From Eledone cirrhosa (Eukaryota), in contig OZ024742.1 in assembly GCA_964016885.1 (NCBI GenBank), forward strand, positions 217,000,001 to 217,064,000: a stretch of DNA of 64,000 nucleotides. The letters run 5' to 3'. Position 1 is the first letter of the stretch, and the number at the start of each line of letters is the position of its first letter. Shown piece after piece: positions 51,928-64,000 of the stretch. Both the position numbers and the translations under genes were made by a program. Below the pieces are notes generated by a model. That model worked only from the letters and a program-made list of their open reading frames with translations, was not told the DNA's origin and ran no database searches.

Positions 51928-53656
51928 TTACCTTACTTCTCGTAGAGGAAGGATAGTTTCTCCATCTCTTTTCACTTGATCGTCTGGTGAAGGGACCGTT
52001 GAATCGTCCCTTCGGCTGGTCGTCGGCTCTTCTGTGAGTATATCCGAATATACTCTCCGGTTGAGTGTCCCTCCTGCGTTGGGGAATTTCATTTTAATGT
52101 TTGTGTATTGTTTCTGTGATATTCTTACCAGTCTTATGTTCATTGGTGTTTTGATTGGTGCTGCTATTATGTAGTCGTGCTGTGAAATGTCTGTGTGTTC
52201 AATTATGTAAGTCATTAGTTTCTTGTTGTGTGTATTTATTGCTGTGCATTTCTTTTTCTGGGGGTGGGGTGTAGTTCTGCTATTTTCTTGTTGTTGCTGG
52301 GTGTGTGTGTTTTGTTGTGTTTGCGATGTTGGTGCTTGTGGTGGTGGTGTTGAAGGTATTGTTGTTGTTGTTGTTGGCGGTGGGGTTGCCACCGGTGGTG
52401 ATGGTGGTGCTAGTGTGGGTGGTGATGGTGTTGGTGGTGTTGCTGCTGTAAGTCTCTTTGCAGTAGCCTTTACCCTTTTTTTCATTTCTTTCCTCCCTTT
52501 TCGAAGGCAACGATGCGCTGCTTCTGCGTTTGTGCCTTCTTGCGACCTTTTGCCATCCCTCTCCCACCTCACACTCCATGTCCGATTCTGTGAGGTCGGG
52601 GAGGGGTACCAGCTCCACTCTTTCACTTGTTGTTGTTGGTGATGGTTGCAGTGGAGTCTCTGTTGCAGCTGCAGTTGGTATTACTGTTGTTGTTGTTAAT
52701 ACTTCCACTGCTGTTGTTGTTCTTGATTTCCGTGGCGTGGGTATGGGTGCCACGGACCTATCCTTCCTGCTTGCCGCCTGTCCTGTTGCTGGTAGCAGTG
52801 GAGCCGGTTTCGGAAGGAGGGGGTTTTCTCCTTTCTCAGGGTCTTCTCATTGCAGAGGGCTCTGAGGTGAGTCTTCGACCCACAGCGAAAGCCTTTCGGG
52901 CGTTTGCCCTCAACACTTATGGGAAGTTGAGTGCCGTTATCGAAGTCTATCACATCTGGGATAGCTTCGATACACTCCTGGCTGGTTTGAATTAACATCT
53001 CAATGGAGGTGCCGACCCAATCTTCTCGTACATTTTTCTGTACTTACAGAATGTACATATGTTTTGTCCTCGATTCCGACGAGGACAGACGCAGCCAGCC
53101 AAGAAGGGGCCATCCCAGGGGGGACGTGGGTCAGTTTGACCCTCACAATTTTTGGCCCGCAGTAGGAGGGCACCAACACCATTTCCTCGCTCCTTAGGGT
53201 CACTAAGGATTGAGTCTTTGCCTCCTGGGGTGTGGAAAAAGGCACGTCCACGGTGGCTTATTTCTTGCCTCGGGTGATATGCGTTTTCCGCTGCCACACA
53301 GACCCTAAGGCTTTTTATATTTGAGCCTCTGTGGCTCTTTCAACCCTACGTGATTTTGTGCTTACTGTCCGGTACGTGACCGTACAGTGCTGTTGGGTTT
53401 CGAAAAATGTTTCGGCTGCCTTGCAGATTGCTCGGTGTCCGGTTTTCGTCACCATCTTCTTTGCTTCCTGTAAATTCCTCATTTGTTATAAGGATGATTT
53501 CTAGGTTCTTTGCGATACCTGCAAACGAGATTGGTTTTTCTTTCTTGTTGTTGTTGTTGGCGTCAGAGCTGCTGTTACTTTTGTTGTTGCTGCTGGTACT
53601 ACGACCGCCGCCGCCACTGTTGCTGTGGTTGTTGTTGTTGTTGTTGCTGCTGTTGT

Positions 53657-53687
<31 letters not shown>

Positions 53688-54065
53688 TATGCTGCTGATG
53701 ATGTTGTTGCGGCTGCTACTAATGTTTTCCTTGTCTCTGTTGCTGCTGCTGCTGCTGCTGTTATTACGGCTGCTGCTGCTATTCTTCATGACGTCAGACG
53801 AATGAAATGGCTTTCCGTATTTACCGCACACATTTTTCGTCGTTGTCGTCGTCGTGGAGAAATGTTCCACGGTATGCACGTTCTCTTGGTGAAAGCTACC
53901 AGAAACTATATTTTTCTTTTTCTTTAATGGCGTCGCTTGCGAAAGAGGCGACACCACATTTAGAGAAGGGAGGGAGAAAGACAATCTTCTCTCCGATGTA
54001 ATGACGATTGAGGAAGAAGACGGAAAGAGTGGGAGTGACTTGTGAAAATTATTTTTTGTAGCCAT
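51928..54065 (-). pseudogene. Tx1-like ORF1, disrupted, with long Asn/Ser-rich N-terminus
   Basis: SFAGIAK, LVPSYCGP..VKLTHVPP..WL, SVEGKRPKGFRCGSKTHLRALC, ends ETILPLREVR*. Confidence 0.85.
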
Positions 54066-54280
54066 GTTTTTTTACGGTTTAAAATGAATATTGGGCACAA
54101 AACCACAATAAGCGGTTATTTAACCCTGAAGGGCAAAATAACGGGCAGAAAGACCTCTCTCATAAGGAGGAGGGTGTTTTTATCTACAATTTGGTTCAGG
54201 TTTTAAACAATTTACAATCGTTATAGCGGTTAAAAATTACTATACCTTACAGAGCCCAGCCTCCGTCAACCATGGCATTC

Positions 54281-54346
<66 letters not shown>

Positions 54347-54356
54347 TTCTTTATTT

Positions 54357-54411
<55 letters not shown>

Positions 54412-54631
54412 TTATTCTATTTTGTCACCATGGCCCATTCATACAAACAACAACGGCTGTCAAAAGGGGTTGCTAAGACAGTTATATAAAAACAAAGGAT
54501 GGGGCACATATACTAACAACATATTAAAATGATTCAACATTTTGTAAATGGTATACAAAACGTCATATTAAAACATTAAACCCATGTAATATAAATAGAT
54601 GAAATAGATAAAATACATACAATATATAATG

Positions 54632-54850
54632 GTTTCTCATTTAGGGACAAGGCCAGCAATTTTTGGGGAGGGGGGGGGAAAGTCGATTAAATTGACTTCA
54701 GTGCGTGACTGATACTTTATTTTATGGACCCCGTAAGGATGAAAGGAAAAGCTAACCTAGGAGGGATTTGAACTCAGAATGTAAAGAGTAAGAACAAGTA
54801 TCTTAAGACATTTTTTCCAACGGTCTAGCAATTTTACCAATCGTCACCCC
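54632..54850 (-). mobile_element. SINE family 1
   Basis: Same head, core and tail motifs. Confidence 0.85.
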
Positions 54851-55299
54851 ATCTTTTGTGGGGACAAGTTGATAGGCAGATGTTTAACGCTTGTTTTATT
54901 GCCTAGTCTTCACTTTCGAAAACGAAAACCAGGCACACACTCTCGTATGCAATGTCCTGGTCAATAGACGAAACACGGTTCTATGTATTATATGGAGTTT
55001 CGTTCATCTATTCTTTTGTGGTTGGGGACAATAGAAGCCGACCCTTTGCCCGTTCTTGAATAATTTTTTCGGCCAACGATATATTTATCCTTAGTAACAT
55101 ACTGATAAAACAGGCTAGGACAAAACTTGACAGGTAAAAACAAACAAATTGAAACAATGCATAGAAAGGTAAAAAGGGGTTTAAAAGAAGTATTAAAAAA
55201 AGTACAAAAAATAATTTTGCATTGAGGAAATTTGAATGGTATTAAATATCAATTAAATACATATTAAATATCAATTAAATACATATTAAATATCAATTA

Positions 55300-56050
55300 A
55301 ATACATAAAAATAAATAGAAAGGATTGAACGTTGACTTATATTTTGAGGACAAACATTTATGAAGTATGTGGGCAGTAGGTTTTACAACTATCTTTTGGA
55401 TTTCATAGATGCTAGGTTTACCAGGTATGTTTTCTAGAAACTTTTTAACACCTTTCTTTATTAGCCTTAGTGCTTCTATCACTACCGGAATAGTTTTATT
55501 TTAAGATGCCACATTCTTTTTATCTCAATTTCAAGATTTTTATACTTTGCAAGTTTTTCATACACTTTTGCTGACACATTTCTATCAGAATATATAGTCG
55601 TGTCAATGAGGATGCAGGTCCTGTTTTTAAAAGCTTTAGTAATAATATCAGGGTGGTGATATTTGTGAAGGCTAAAGTCCCAAAGGAATGTTACTCCTTC
55701 AGGTTCACTTACTGGTTGTGGTTCGTGTTCATACCAGTTTTCTGTTTGTCCTGCATTATATTGCTGGCCTTGTGCCTAAAGTAGAAACAATTATATTGTT
55801 TGCATATTATCCGGTGGATGACTTTCCCTACTCTATCGTGTCCAGTTGATGTGGGGAATCCTAATATATGATTAATAGTTTTAAGCTGTCGGTCACATAC
55901 CCTGCATTTAGGGTCTGCTCAATTGTCTGATAGTTCCTAGTAAAGAGGCTGGTCAGCAAGAATAAAGCCTTCTGCTTCAGCCAATAATCCTGAACTTCAC
56001 AACCACTGATGGGTATGAGCTCAATTTATATCAGCATCTAGTGTGCAAAG
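55300..56050 (-). mobile_element. Decayed R4/Dong-like LINE 3' region (CCHC + RLE)
   Basis: FLWDF..PDIII..LID, EKLAKYK.LEIEI, IPVVI..L.LIKKG..IPGKPSIYEIQKIV..TAHIL. Confidence 0.8.
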
Positions 56051-56149
56051 CAGGAATTGGATGTTCAGGGTTTTCTTTGATGAAATGCTAACCTCGGAGG
56101 CCTACTTGCCTCAATCATTCTATCGCATTGAAAGGTGAAGTCCCACAAA

Positions 56150-57740
56150 AGCTTAAATTCGTCATTCTCTAAAAACCCTTCTCAGATATCATCCAAAGGA
56201 TATATCTGCAACATTATCATGCCGTTCTTGTACTCTCGTTGTGCCAACTTAACACATAGCTGACTATTTATATTTTTGCGCCACACATTCTTCATAGTGG
56301 TGATTTTATCGTTTTGTCAACATGATGTTTGATGTAGTTAGTTCAAAGAGTCTATTACTGGGCGCTGCACACCAGAGCTTCGGTACATCTTTTCAGATCG
56401 GCATTTTTAAGTCACGACCAGCTCTTTTCCCAGTCAATGCCTACTGTATCTCTAGTGCACTTACTGTCCATGCATAAGTTTATCCTTCTGTTTCTTTTCA
56501 ACTTCTTTTTTCACTCTTACATCTGTTAGATGCTACTGCATCAGCAGATTTCAGTGGGTCGAGATCTCTTGCTTTTGACATGATGTTATACCTTACATTT
56601 TTAAAGTACCAAGCTAGGTTTTTTTTCTTCGCTTTTGACAGTTTTCACATCTTATTAGTCCTCTACCTCCTTTCCTTCTTCCAACATAAAGTGTTGCGAC
56701 ATCACTTTTTGGGTGGAGTTCTTTATGCATTGTCATCAATCTCCTATCAATATTTTTCATTTCATCTTTCCTCCATTTAATAACTCCTGCCTGAAAGCGC
56801 TTGAAAGACACAACCCATGTATTCGTTGCCTTGATCTTATTCATTTCATTCAATTTAGATGGCATGACAAGTTTCACCCACCTGAAGTATTCTTTTTCGA
56901 AAATTTCCTTCATTTCTTTCTCTTTGATCTTATCCAACGCAAAGACTTCCAAATACTTGTATCTTCCTTCTCCCACATATTTAATAGTTTGGCAATTCGC
57001 AAGCTCATTTCCTCCATTCTTTGTTAGTTTTCTACGTTTCAGGGTTAAAACAACACATTTTTATCCCAAACTCCCTCCCAATATCTTGACTAATTAAGTT
57101 TACAGGAGATACTAAGCTTTTTTTTTCGCAAATAATTTTAAATCATCCATGAATAACAGATCGTTGATAGCACATATCTCATTTTCACTTTTCTAAGGAC
57201 TTGGGCGAGGGGGATCATGCAGCTGACAAATAGGTGGTGATAAACTGACTCCCGTATGTGAACAGAGTCCAACTGTTCCTCACAGAAAATTAACTCCGGT
57301 TGGCCATCGCTATTTCTATAAACCAAATTACATTGTCTGGCACTTGAGTATATTTCAGACACTCTAATATCAAACTGCGGGGGAAGGACCATGTCGTAGT
57401 CTTTCTTATAGTCCCTCACGCCATGGCTAAGTCATTTTGCCGCTTTTTACAAAATGCAAGGATTGTTTTATCAATCAGCAGTTGATCTTTTATACCCCTG
57501 CTGTCCATTTTGCACCCTTTCTGCTCTTCCGTAGAATTTCATTCTCCTCGAGGAACTTACGCACGGTCTTCGAGATGATTCCAATCAAGATATTGGTCTA
57601 GAATTTACTACATTGCTTTTAACAGGGTCCTTCTGACAGAGCTGAGTCCTACCCGTTATCATCCATATAGGTATCTCTGCATGGTCGTTTAACATAGCAT
57701 GCATTTGAGCTCCGATACACTCATGTAAAGATGTCAACAT
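56150..57740 (-). mobile_element. Decayed R4/Dong-like LINE RT region
   Basis: DQLLIDK, DYKKDYDMV, YKYLEV, EYFRWVKLV..SKLN..NKIKA.NTW, LHPKSDV..LY..R..GGRGL. Confidence 0.8.
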
Positions 57741-57744
57741 CATC

Positions 57745-57995
57745 ATTATTACTATTATTCATATTCATTTGCAAAGTGATGATCTGATCTTATTAACACT
57801 GGATCGTTTAATTGATTCCCTATCAAGAGATGTAACCTCAGATAGACAGTACTTTCTGCAAGATATTTGCAGTTCCCGAGAATGTTGTTTTCCGCAATGT
57901 CGTAATGCTTTGACTGATTCCAATTCCAACAAGGTTTTTCAGGAGGTTTTCTTTCACCGACCCAAGAACTCAAATCACAATTGGTACCACATTTG
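57745..57995 (-). mobile_element. R4/Dong-like 3' end stub with (AAT)n tail
   Basis: Minus: VVPIVI..LGSV..GTANILQKVLSI* then GGTTAC, resembling 17460-17520; ATTATTACTATTATT on plus. Confidence 0.7.
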
Positions 57996-58074
57996 AAATT
58001 TAATATACTATTATATTATTTCTAACAACCCCCCCCCCCTGCACACACACACACCCCTGCACCCCCCCCCCCCC

Positions 58075-58140
58075 CCAGTGCCCCACGAGACCTTCTCAAA
58101 GATTCCCGGGGGGCAGTAGTGCCCACTTTGAGAACCTCTG
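58075..58140. mobile_element. Possible hAT (Charlie-like) terminal fragment
   Basis: CCCACTTTGAGAACCTCTG resembles the hAT terminal motif CAGNGGTTCTCAAAGTGGG; no partner end found. Confidence 0.4.
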
Positions 58141-58307
58141 CCTCAGTGGTCCAGCAATAATTGAATCAATAAAACCATAAACGAATCGACCCTAAAAGGG
58201 AATATCTATACGGTCGCTCAATCTAACAAAAATAATGCCCCATTAAATCTTTTAAAAAATGGAAAGGGCATTTTGGACAATATAGCCATTGATATAAAAA
58301 AAAAAGA

Positions 58308-58600
58308 AGCGGCGAGTTGGCAAAGTCGTTAGAATGTCTGATAGAATGCTTTGCGGTATTCGTTCCGGCTCCCTGCTCTTTGAGTTCAAATCCCGCCGAG
58401 GTCAGATTTGCATTTCATCCTTTTTAGGTCAATAAAAAATTACCATTCTAGTACTGGGGTCGATTCTTCCTCTATATCTCTTTCTCACTTCCTGTGTTTC
58501 ACTGTCTATCCTTCTCTAGAGGAAATCTACTATGTTCAGACCTGGAGAGGGGTGGGCTCCGCCAGGCTTTAAACGACTCTATCAGAAGTTACGGGATATA
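58308..58600 (+). mobile_element. SINE family 1 head/core with alternative 3' segment
   Basis: Head, B-box and core to 58465, then sequence shared with 30150-30330 and 28395-28520. Confidence 0.65.
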
Positions 58601-59287
58601 CCATACAATAAAAAAGACGAGTTGATCACAGCTAAAATATCTTTGATTATAAGCCTGCTTGATCATCACTAACCTGGGGCTAAACCACAACAAAAATTAT
58701 ATAAGGAAATTTGTATTTTGTTTGTTTGTTTTGCTTTTTATATATTTTCTTTTGCTATAAATTATACATTTTGATCGTTGTTGTAATTGTTGCTGTTACT
58801 GTTGTTACTGTTACTGTCGTTTTTGTCTTCCCCCCCCCCCCACCTCCCTTCTTCTCCTCTGAGACACCACGTATTCAAGTTAAATGCAGCTTTGCATGAC
58901 TAAAATCATTTGAAAGTCTCATGGGAAGTAGTCAATTGTATTATTTATATTCTTTCTTGTTCCCATTTTCTTTAATTATTTTTTCTGTTTCTTTTGTTAT
59001 GCAAATATTTATTTTGTTAACAGAGTTTATTTTATTTATTGTGTTCTTCTGTAGTGTTGTCTTTTTTCAAATTTAATATTGTTCATGGTTATATGCGCAA
59101 ATATATATTTGTGTATGTGTGCGTGTTTGTGTTCGCATTTACAGATACAATATATATGTTGTGTGCGTATGTGTGTGTGTTCGTGTATGTGTGTGCGTGT
59201 GTGTGTGTGTTCGTTCGCGTGTGAAAACGTATCCGATCTTAGGCTGAGAAAAAGAATTACGTACTTATCGGTATTCAAGTGCTAGAC

Positions 59288-59418
59288 TCATTCGAAATAA
59301 GCCCCTTGTGCCTCCACACACTTAGCCAAGCGATCCTTCTACTCTTCGAAGCAAGTCTGGAATGCTTCTTCTGGAATAGCTCTTAGCTTCTTCGTCGCAG
59401 TCTGCATGATGTTCTCTC
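59288..59418 (-). mobile_element. mariner transposase C-terminal fragment
   Basis: ENIMQTATKKLRAIPEEAFQTCFEE*KDRLAKCVEAQGAYFE*, the characteristic mariner C-terminus. Confidence 0.8.
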
Positions 59419-59621
59419 AGCTCTCAAAGAAAATAGTAGAGGGCCTGACGAATGAACTAAAAACCTTTCTTTGCCAAGTAACCTCAGTATCGAGTAAGTA
59501 AATATCTCTATTGATGGCTAAAAAAACACATGAAGCACTATTGTCTGGTGATCTTCCACAGCTACTAAGATAGACGTGACATGAGCACAGCTTAAAACAC
59601 TATTATACAAATGCATATCAT

Positions 59622-60120
59622 CTATCTATCTATCTAAGGCGGGTAAAATTCCCGAGATCCATGGACGAGTTCTCTCCAGCGGTCTCTGTCCCTCATTATC
59701 ACTGCCATGTCCTGCATCTCCAACAGATCAGTGTCTGTCCTTAGGGCATCAACATACGTTAGCCTTGGTCTTCCTCTTCTAGTGTGTCCATGTAGGGGCT
59801 CCCAAAGGAGTACTGAGTGCAATGTCAACTCTGGATGTCGGTGAGCATGTCCAGCTAACCTCAGTCTCCTCTGTGTCACTTTTGAGCTGACTTTTGGGAT
59901 GCTCCCATACAGCTCTGAGTTTTTCATCCTCAGTGTATACTGATTAATGTTCAGAGCCATCCTCAGCATTCTCGTGTAGCACCCATCCACCATCAGCTTG
60001 AGATCGGTATGGAAGTCGGACCTTCGTAGAGACCTGAAAATCCGCCTCTTCATTGCTGTAGTGGAGTCTGTGCTGCTGTATGGGTCTGAGACTTGGACAC
60101 TGACCAAGAAACTCACTCAG
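59622..60120 (-). mobile_element. RTE-clade LINE, 5'-truncated with 5' inversion
   Basis: Minus: DGCYTRMLRMAL..RRLRLAGH..RRGRPRLTYVD..DRDRW with (ATAG)n tail; plus: KIRLFIAVVESVLLYGSETWTLT; TSD ATGCATATCAT at 59611-59621 and 60121-60131. Confidence 0.92.
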
Positions 60121-60716
60121 ATGCATATCATATAAGCCTTTATATACGCCTTTATTAAGAATCGTGCTATGTTAGTTGCTAATGGTAATTAATCTCAACC
60201 AAACACGCACCAATGAACTTCAGTAGATATTCTACACGCAAAAACTACATAAGCTATAGCTTATTTTTTGTCTCAATAGCGAGTGAGTAAATATCACTGA
60301 TGATGGATTAAAAATCCTGAAACACTAGTATCTGGCGTTCTCACGCGGTTACTGAGATATCTGTAACATGATCACGGCTTTCAACATTCATACCGAGATT
60401 TATATATACCCTCCTCTTCCACTAAACCGTAACAACACTTCCTTACGATGCTAAATCAGTAATACCATATTTATTCGCCCTTATCGGCCACATACCTCTT
60501 TTTTTTATCTTAAAATTGTGAACATCCATATCCTCCTCCATTCTTTTTGTGTGTTCAGCAAGCATTTTCCTGGTAAAGTTTGTTGAACACAGAGCCGAAA
60601 TCGCTTGGCGCCGTGATGGGGATCTGACATACCTCTACACTCGCTCTACATATCTCCATGTATCGAGTACTTACACGATTAGTGGCCTCCTTGGTCTCAG
60701 CACCGCAGACTCTATT

Positions 60717-60812
<96 letters not shown>

Positions 60813-61136
60813 CCTATAAGTGTCCATGTATGTGTGTGTGTGTATGAGTGTGTATAGGTATCCTTGTGGCTGTACTTGTTCCATATATTCTGAAATCACA
60901 TGCAATATATGTGTACTTTAGCTATAAACCTAGCAAACCGACCTCGTCTTAATAACAAATAAGTCTCACTAACTATATTTACTTATAAGGTTCCACTTAG
61001 CGGCTTCGACAAAATACATTATACATCACAAATTCGCAAAAGGCCATGATTTAGTTAAAATCTAAAATAATTGTTTCTACTTTTGGCACAAGGCCAGCAA
61101 TTAATGAAATAATATTATAATCAAATAATGTTGCGT

Positions 61137-61320
61137 TGGATTGGCAGTATCGGTAGAGCGTCAGGCACCATTCTTTGCAGCATATAGTCATGACCATTTA
61201 CGTTCTGAGTTCAAATCCCCCCAAGGTTAGCTTTGCTTTTCATCATTACGGGGTCGACAAAATAAAGCACCAGTAAAGCACTGGGGTGATTGCTGGCCTT
61301 GTGCCAAAAGTAAAAACAAT
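61137..61320 (+). mobile_element. SINE family 1
   Basis: Head, B-box, core, short tail. Confidence 0.88.
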
Positions 61321-61332
61321 TATAATTAAATA

Positions 61333-61501
61333 ATTGTTTCTACTTTAGGCACAAGGCCAGCAATCACCCAGTGCATTACTGGTACTTTATTTTATCGACC
61401 CCGTAAGGATGAAAGGCAAAGTCAACCTCGGCGGGATTTGAACTCAGATCATAAAGGGACGTAACTATGCTGGAAAGCATGGCGTCCGACCCTCTACCGA
61501 T
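61333..61501 (-). mobile_element. SINE family 1, tail-to-tail with the previous copy
   Basis: Near-identical to 32133-32327 and 38956-39074. Confidence 0.9.
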
Positions 61502-61551
61502 AATGTTATATAATATGTATATATGTGTATGTGTGTTTGAGTATATGTTTG

Positions 61552-61608
<57 letters not shown>

Positions 61609-62029
61609 GTTCGATACACACCTATCTAAACCAACACCTCTAATTATACCTTGATCATTAATTCACTAGACAATATAATTATAATTAGTCACGCTATAAC
61701 TAAGGGCAAAATTTAACTAGCTATATCAATAAAAAAAACACCGCCAAAATCAACGATAGCGCTTCCCAGTTTTAAGTTTGCCGCATGAAATGGAAATTTT
61801 GAATGCTTATAACTACCAACAGAATACGATGTCAGCTACTTCAGCTCTCTATTTTTACTTGAACTTGAACATCACTAATACTAATGATAATTACGTGTTT
61901 CCTATATATTATATACATATATGTATTTACTCGAAAATGTATCATCGTGCTCAGCCATTATCATGGCCACTGCAAATTGAAAACCTCCCGAGGACTATAC
62001 CAATTATTCCTATCTTGTAAAACTCGGGT

Positions 62030-62285
62030 TACATCGTCTTCTGATGTTCGTGACTACTTGAACCTGTTCCTCTTGGTCTCAAGTCTAGACATTTGTTCAT
62101 ACCCCATGTACTGCTTATGTCCATGTTTCCGATGTCTTGTACTTTTCTTTGTTCTTTTATCTATTGTCTCGATTTTAGTTTTTCTCTCGATTTTATTGAT
62201 GTGTCACATTCAACTTTCCATATTTCTTTTAGTTGTTCTAAGCTTTCGTTCCATGTCTCTGCTGCATACGTCATTGTTTCTATAA
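62030..62285 (-). mobile_element. Decayed LINE fragment (RTE-like post-RT region)
   Basis: Minus: ETMTYAAETW; remainder degenerate. Confidence 0.4.
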
Positions 62286-62467
62286 TAAAAACTTACTTAT
62301 TCTCTTGGCGAAGAAATTAAAAGAATGAACAAAAAAATATACGCTTAATGTCAGGTGTTTACAGCAAATATATTTTAATATTCACATGTAATCGACTGAT
62401 GTAGCGATGATATGAAATTACACACACACACATACATTCATACATATATATATATATATATATATAT

Positions 62468-62595
62468 AGGAACAAGTAAGACCCCGACGGCTTGAGCTCA
62501 GCCGTCGGGGTCTATTACCCACTCTACTACCCTAAGTATTGAGTACTTTGGTGCGTTATGGTCCACCTGGTTCCTTACCACATTTCCTTCCTTCG

Positions 62596-62598
<3 letters not shown>
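62468..62598 (+). mobile_element. Short fold-back element in (TA)n, same family as 6254-6407
   Basis: Near-perfect palindrome AGACCCCGACGGC-TTGAGCTCA-GCCGTCGGGGTCT followed by the shared ~90-nt tail. Confidence 0.65.
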
Positions 62599-62627
<29 letters not shown>

Positions 62628-62792
62628 ATACTTGGGGAGGGTCATATTGTTGTAATATTGCTAGAAATAATAACAGAACACACTCACTGTTTAGTTGGTT
62701 TTCGCTTCTGTATTTTTTATATCTCCATAGTTAATTTATTTGGCAATCAGTGTTTATCATTGATTGACCAGCGGTTAAAAATACAGATATAA

Positions 62793-62845
<53 letters not shown>

Positions 62846-63025
62846 AAAAAAGGAAAAGAATGACTTCACTTGTAGTTGGTATTCTAAACAATTTTATTTT
62901 ATAATTTTACAATTTTATCATTTTGTTATGTAGATCTAATAAATCATTTGTTAACTTGAAAAGTTTTTCTTTAAAATCCTGGTTAACTTTCTTGAGAACT
63001 TTCTCGCATTCGTAGATGGCGATTG

Positions 63026-63057
<32 letters not shown>

Positions 63058-63153
63058 GCGGCGAGTTTAGTGGGTAAAAATCATGGGTAAAATGGCGATG
63101 GAGCTAATATGGGTCAACATAAACATTTAATCTGAAACACGCCGTGCTAGTGT

Positions 63154-63201
<48 letters not shown>

Positions 63202-63211
63202 GAGAGAGAGA

Positions 63212-63282
<71 letters not shown>

Positions 63283-64000
63283 TTTCAGACATAGTAAAGA
63301 CTATTGGCCCATTAGGATCATGGGTAAACGTAGGATTGCCCCTGGAAAGTTCTTCTCGAAGGTGCAAGCCAGGGCAAAGTGTTTTGTGGGTGATCAGCAG
63401 TCGTCCATGCATATAAGTTTCACCTGATCACGGCTCCGATGTTACCCAAGGGAGAAACAAATACCAAAAGGGCGATATTGGCACTACTATCGTCGTAAGT
63501 ATATTCAGAATACGAAGGGATGAAAGACATACTGCAAAGAATCACGTCCGACGTTCTGACAATTCCGCTAATCATCCAGCAGATGTTGGTACTTTATTTA
63601 TCAATCCCGAAAGGATGAAAGGCAAATGGTGATGATGAATAAGGAATAAGGTTGAACTCCCTCCCCCTGTAATAAAACTAAAATTAAAAATTATATAAAA
63701 TAAAAAAAGGAAATGTGTGTGTGTGTGTGTGCGTGTGTGTGTTTGTGTGTATGTGTATATGTGTGTGTGCGTGTGTGAGTGTGTGGGAATGTTTATGTGT
63801 GTCTGTGTGTAAACATGTATAATTTACACAGTTCTTCGTAGATAAACAGCTTCACTCTAGTTTCGGTACTTCAGAAACTGTCTACAACCCACAGAGAGAA
63901 TACGTAACTAAAAGCTTTATAGAAGTTTGAATATGGCAGTAACAACGTAATGGATGTGTCAATTTGCATATTATTAGTAGATAATAGGATGCGCGGTGGA

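Larger units (their letters stand above)
48227..54280 (-). mobile_element. Near-full-length Tx1-like LINE, copy D, inserted in (AAT)n
   Basis: ORF2 and 3'UTR near-identical to copy A; distinct ORF1/5'UTR; (AAT)n at 48185-48226 and 54281-54346. Confidence 0.93.

Noticed and set aside
53407-53927. Poly-Leu/poly-Cys/poly-Val ORFs on plus
   Set aside because: Antisense of the (AAC/AGC)n-encoded Asn/Ser tract of Tx1 ORF1
55241-55303. Three copies of a ~22-bp AT-rich unit
   Set aside because: Simple local slippage at the end of an R4 remnant; no further structure

Overview
AT-rich, microsatellite-dense animal genomic DNA with no convincing host protein-coding exon. The SINE and microsatellite repertoire suggests an octopod cephalopod (inference, not verified). 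The window is almost entirely decayed mobile DNA. (1) Tx1-like (L1-clade) non-LTR retrotransposons, all on the minus strand: two near-full-length copies (8512-14292, 48227-54280), an RT-deleted copy, an ORF1-only copy and several 3' stubs, most sitting in (AAT)n tracts. (2) R4/Dong-like RT-RLE elements in the same (AAT)n tracts but in the opposite orientation. (3) RTE-clade fragments, two with 5' inversions and clean target-site duplications. (4) CRE, Helitron, mariner and hAT remnants. (5) About 25 SINE copies of 3-4 families. (6) Non-coding, (TA)n-embedded elements carrying hand-foldable hammerhead ribozymes, plus a Penelope-like RT/GIY-YIG remnant. The most interesting signals are: two unrelated elements (555 and 662 nt units) with the same fold-back + terminal redundancy + intact hammerhead architecture (retrozyme-like); Tx1 copies with near-identical ORF2 but swapped ORF1/5'UTR; a SINE 3' tail resembling the Tx1 3' tail; and apparent partitioning of microsatellite types among retroelement clades. 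All alignments and folds were done by eye, no database search was run, and boundaries are approximate.
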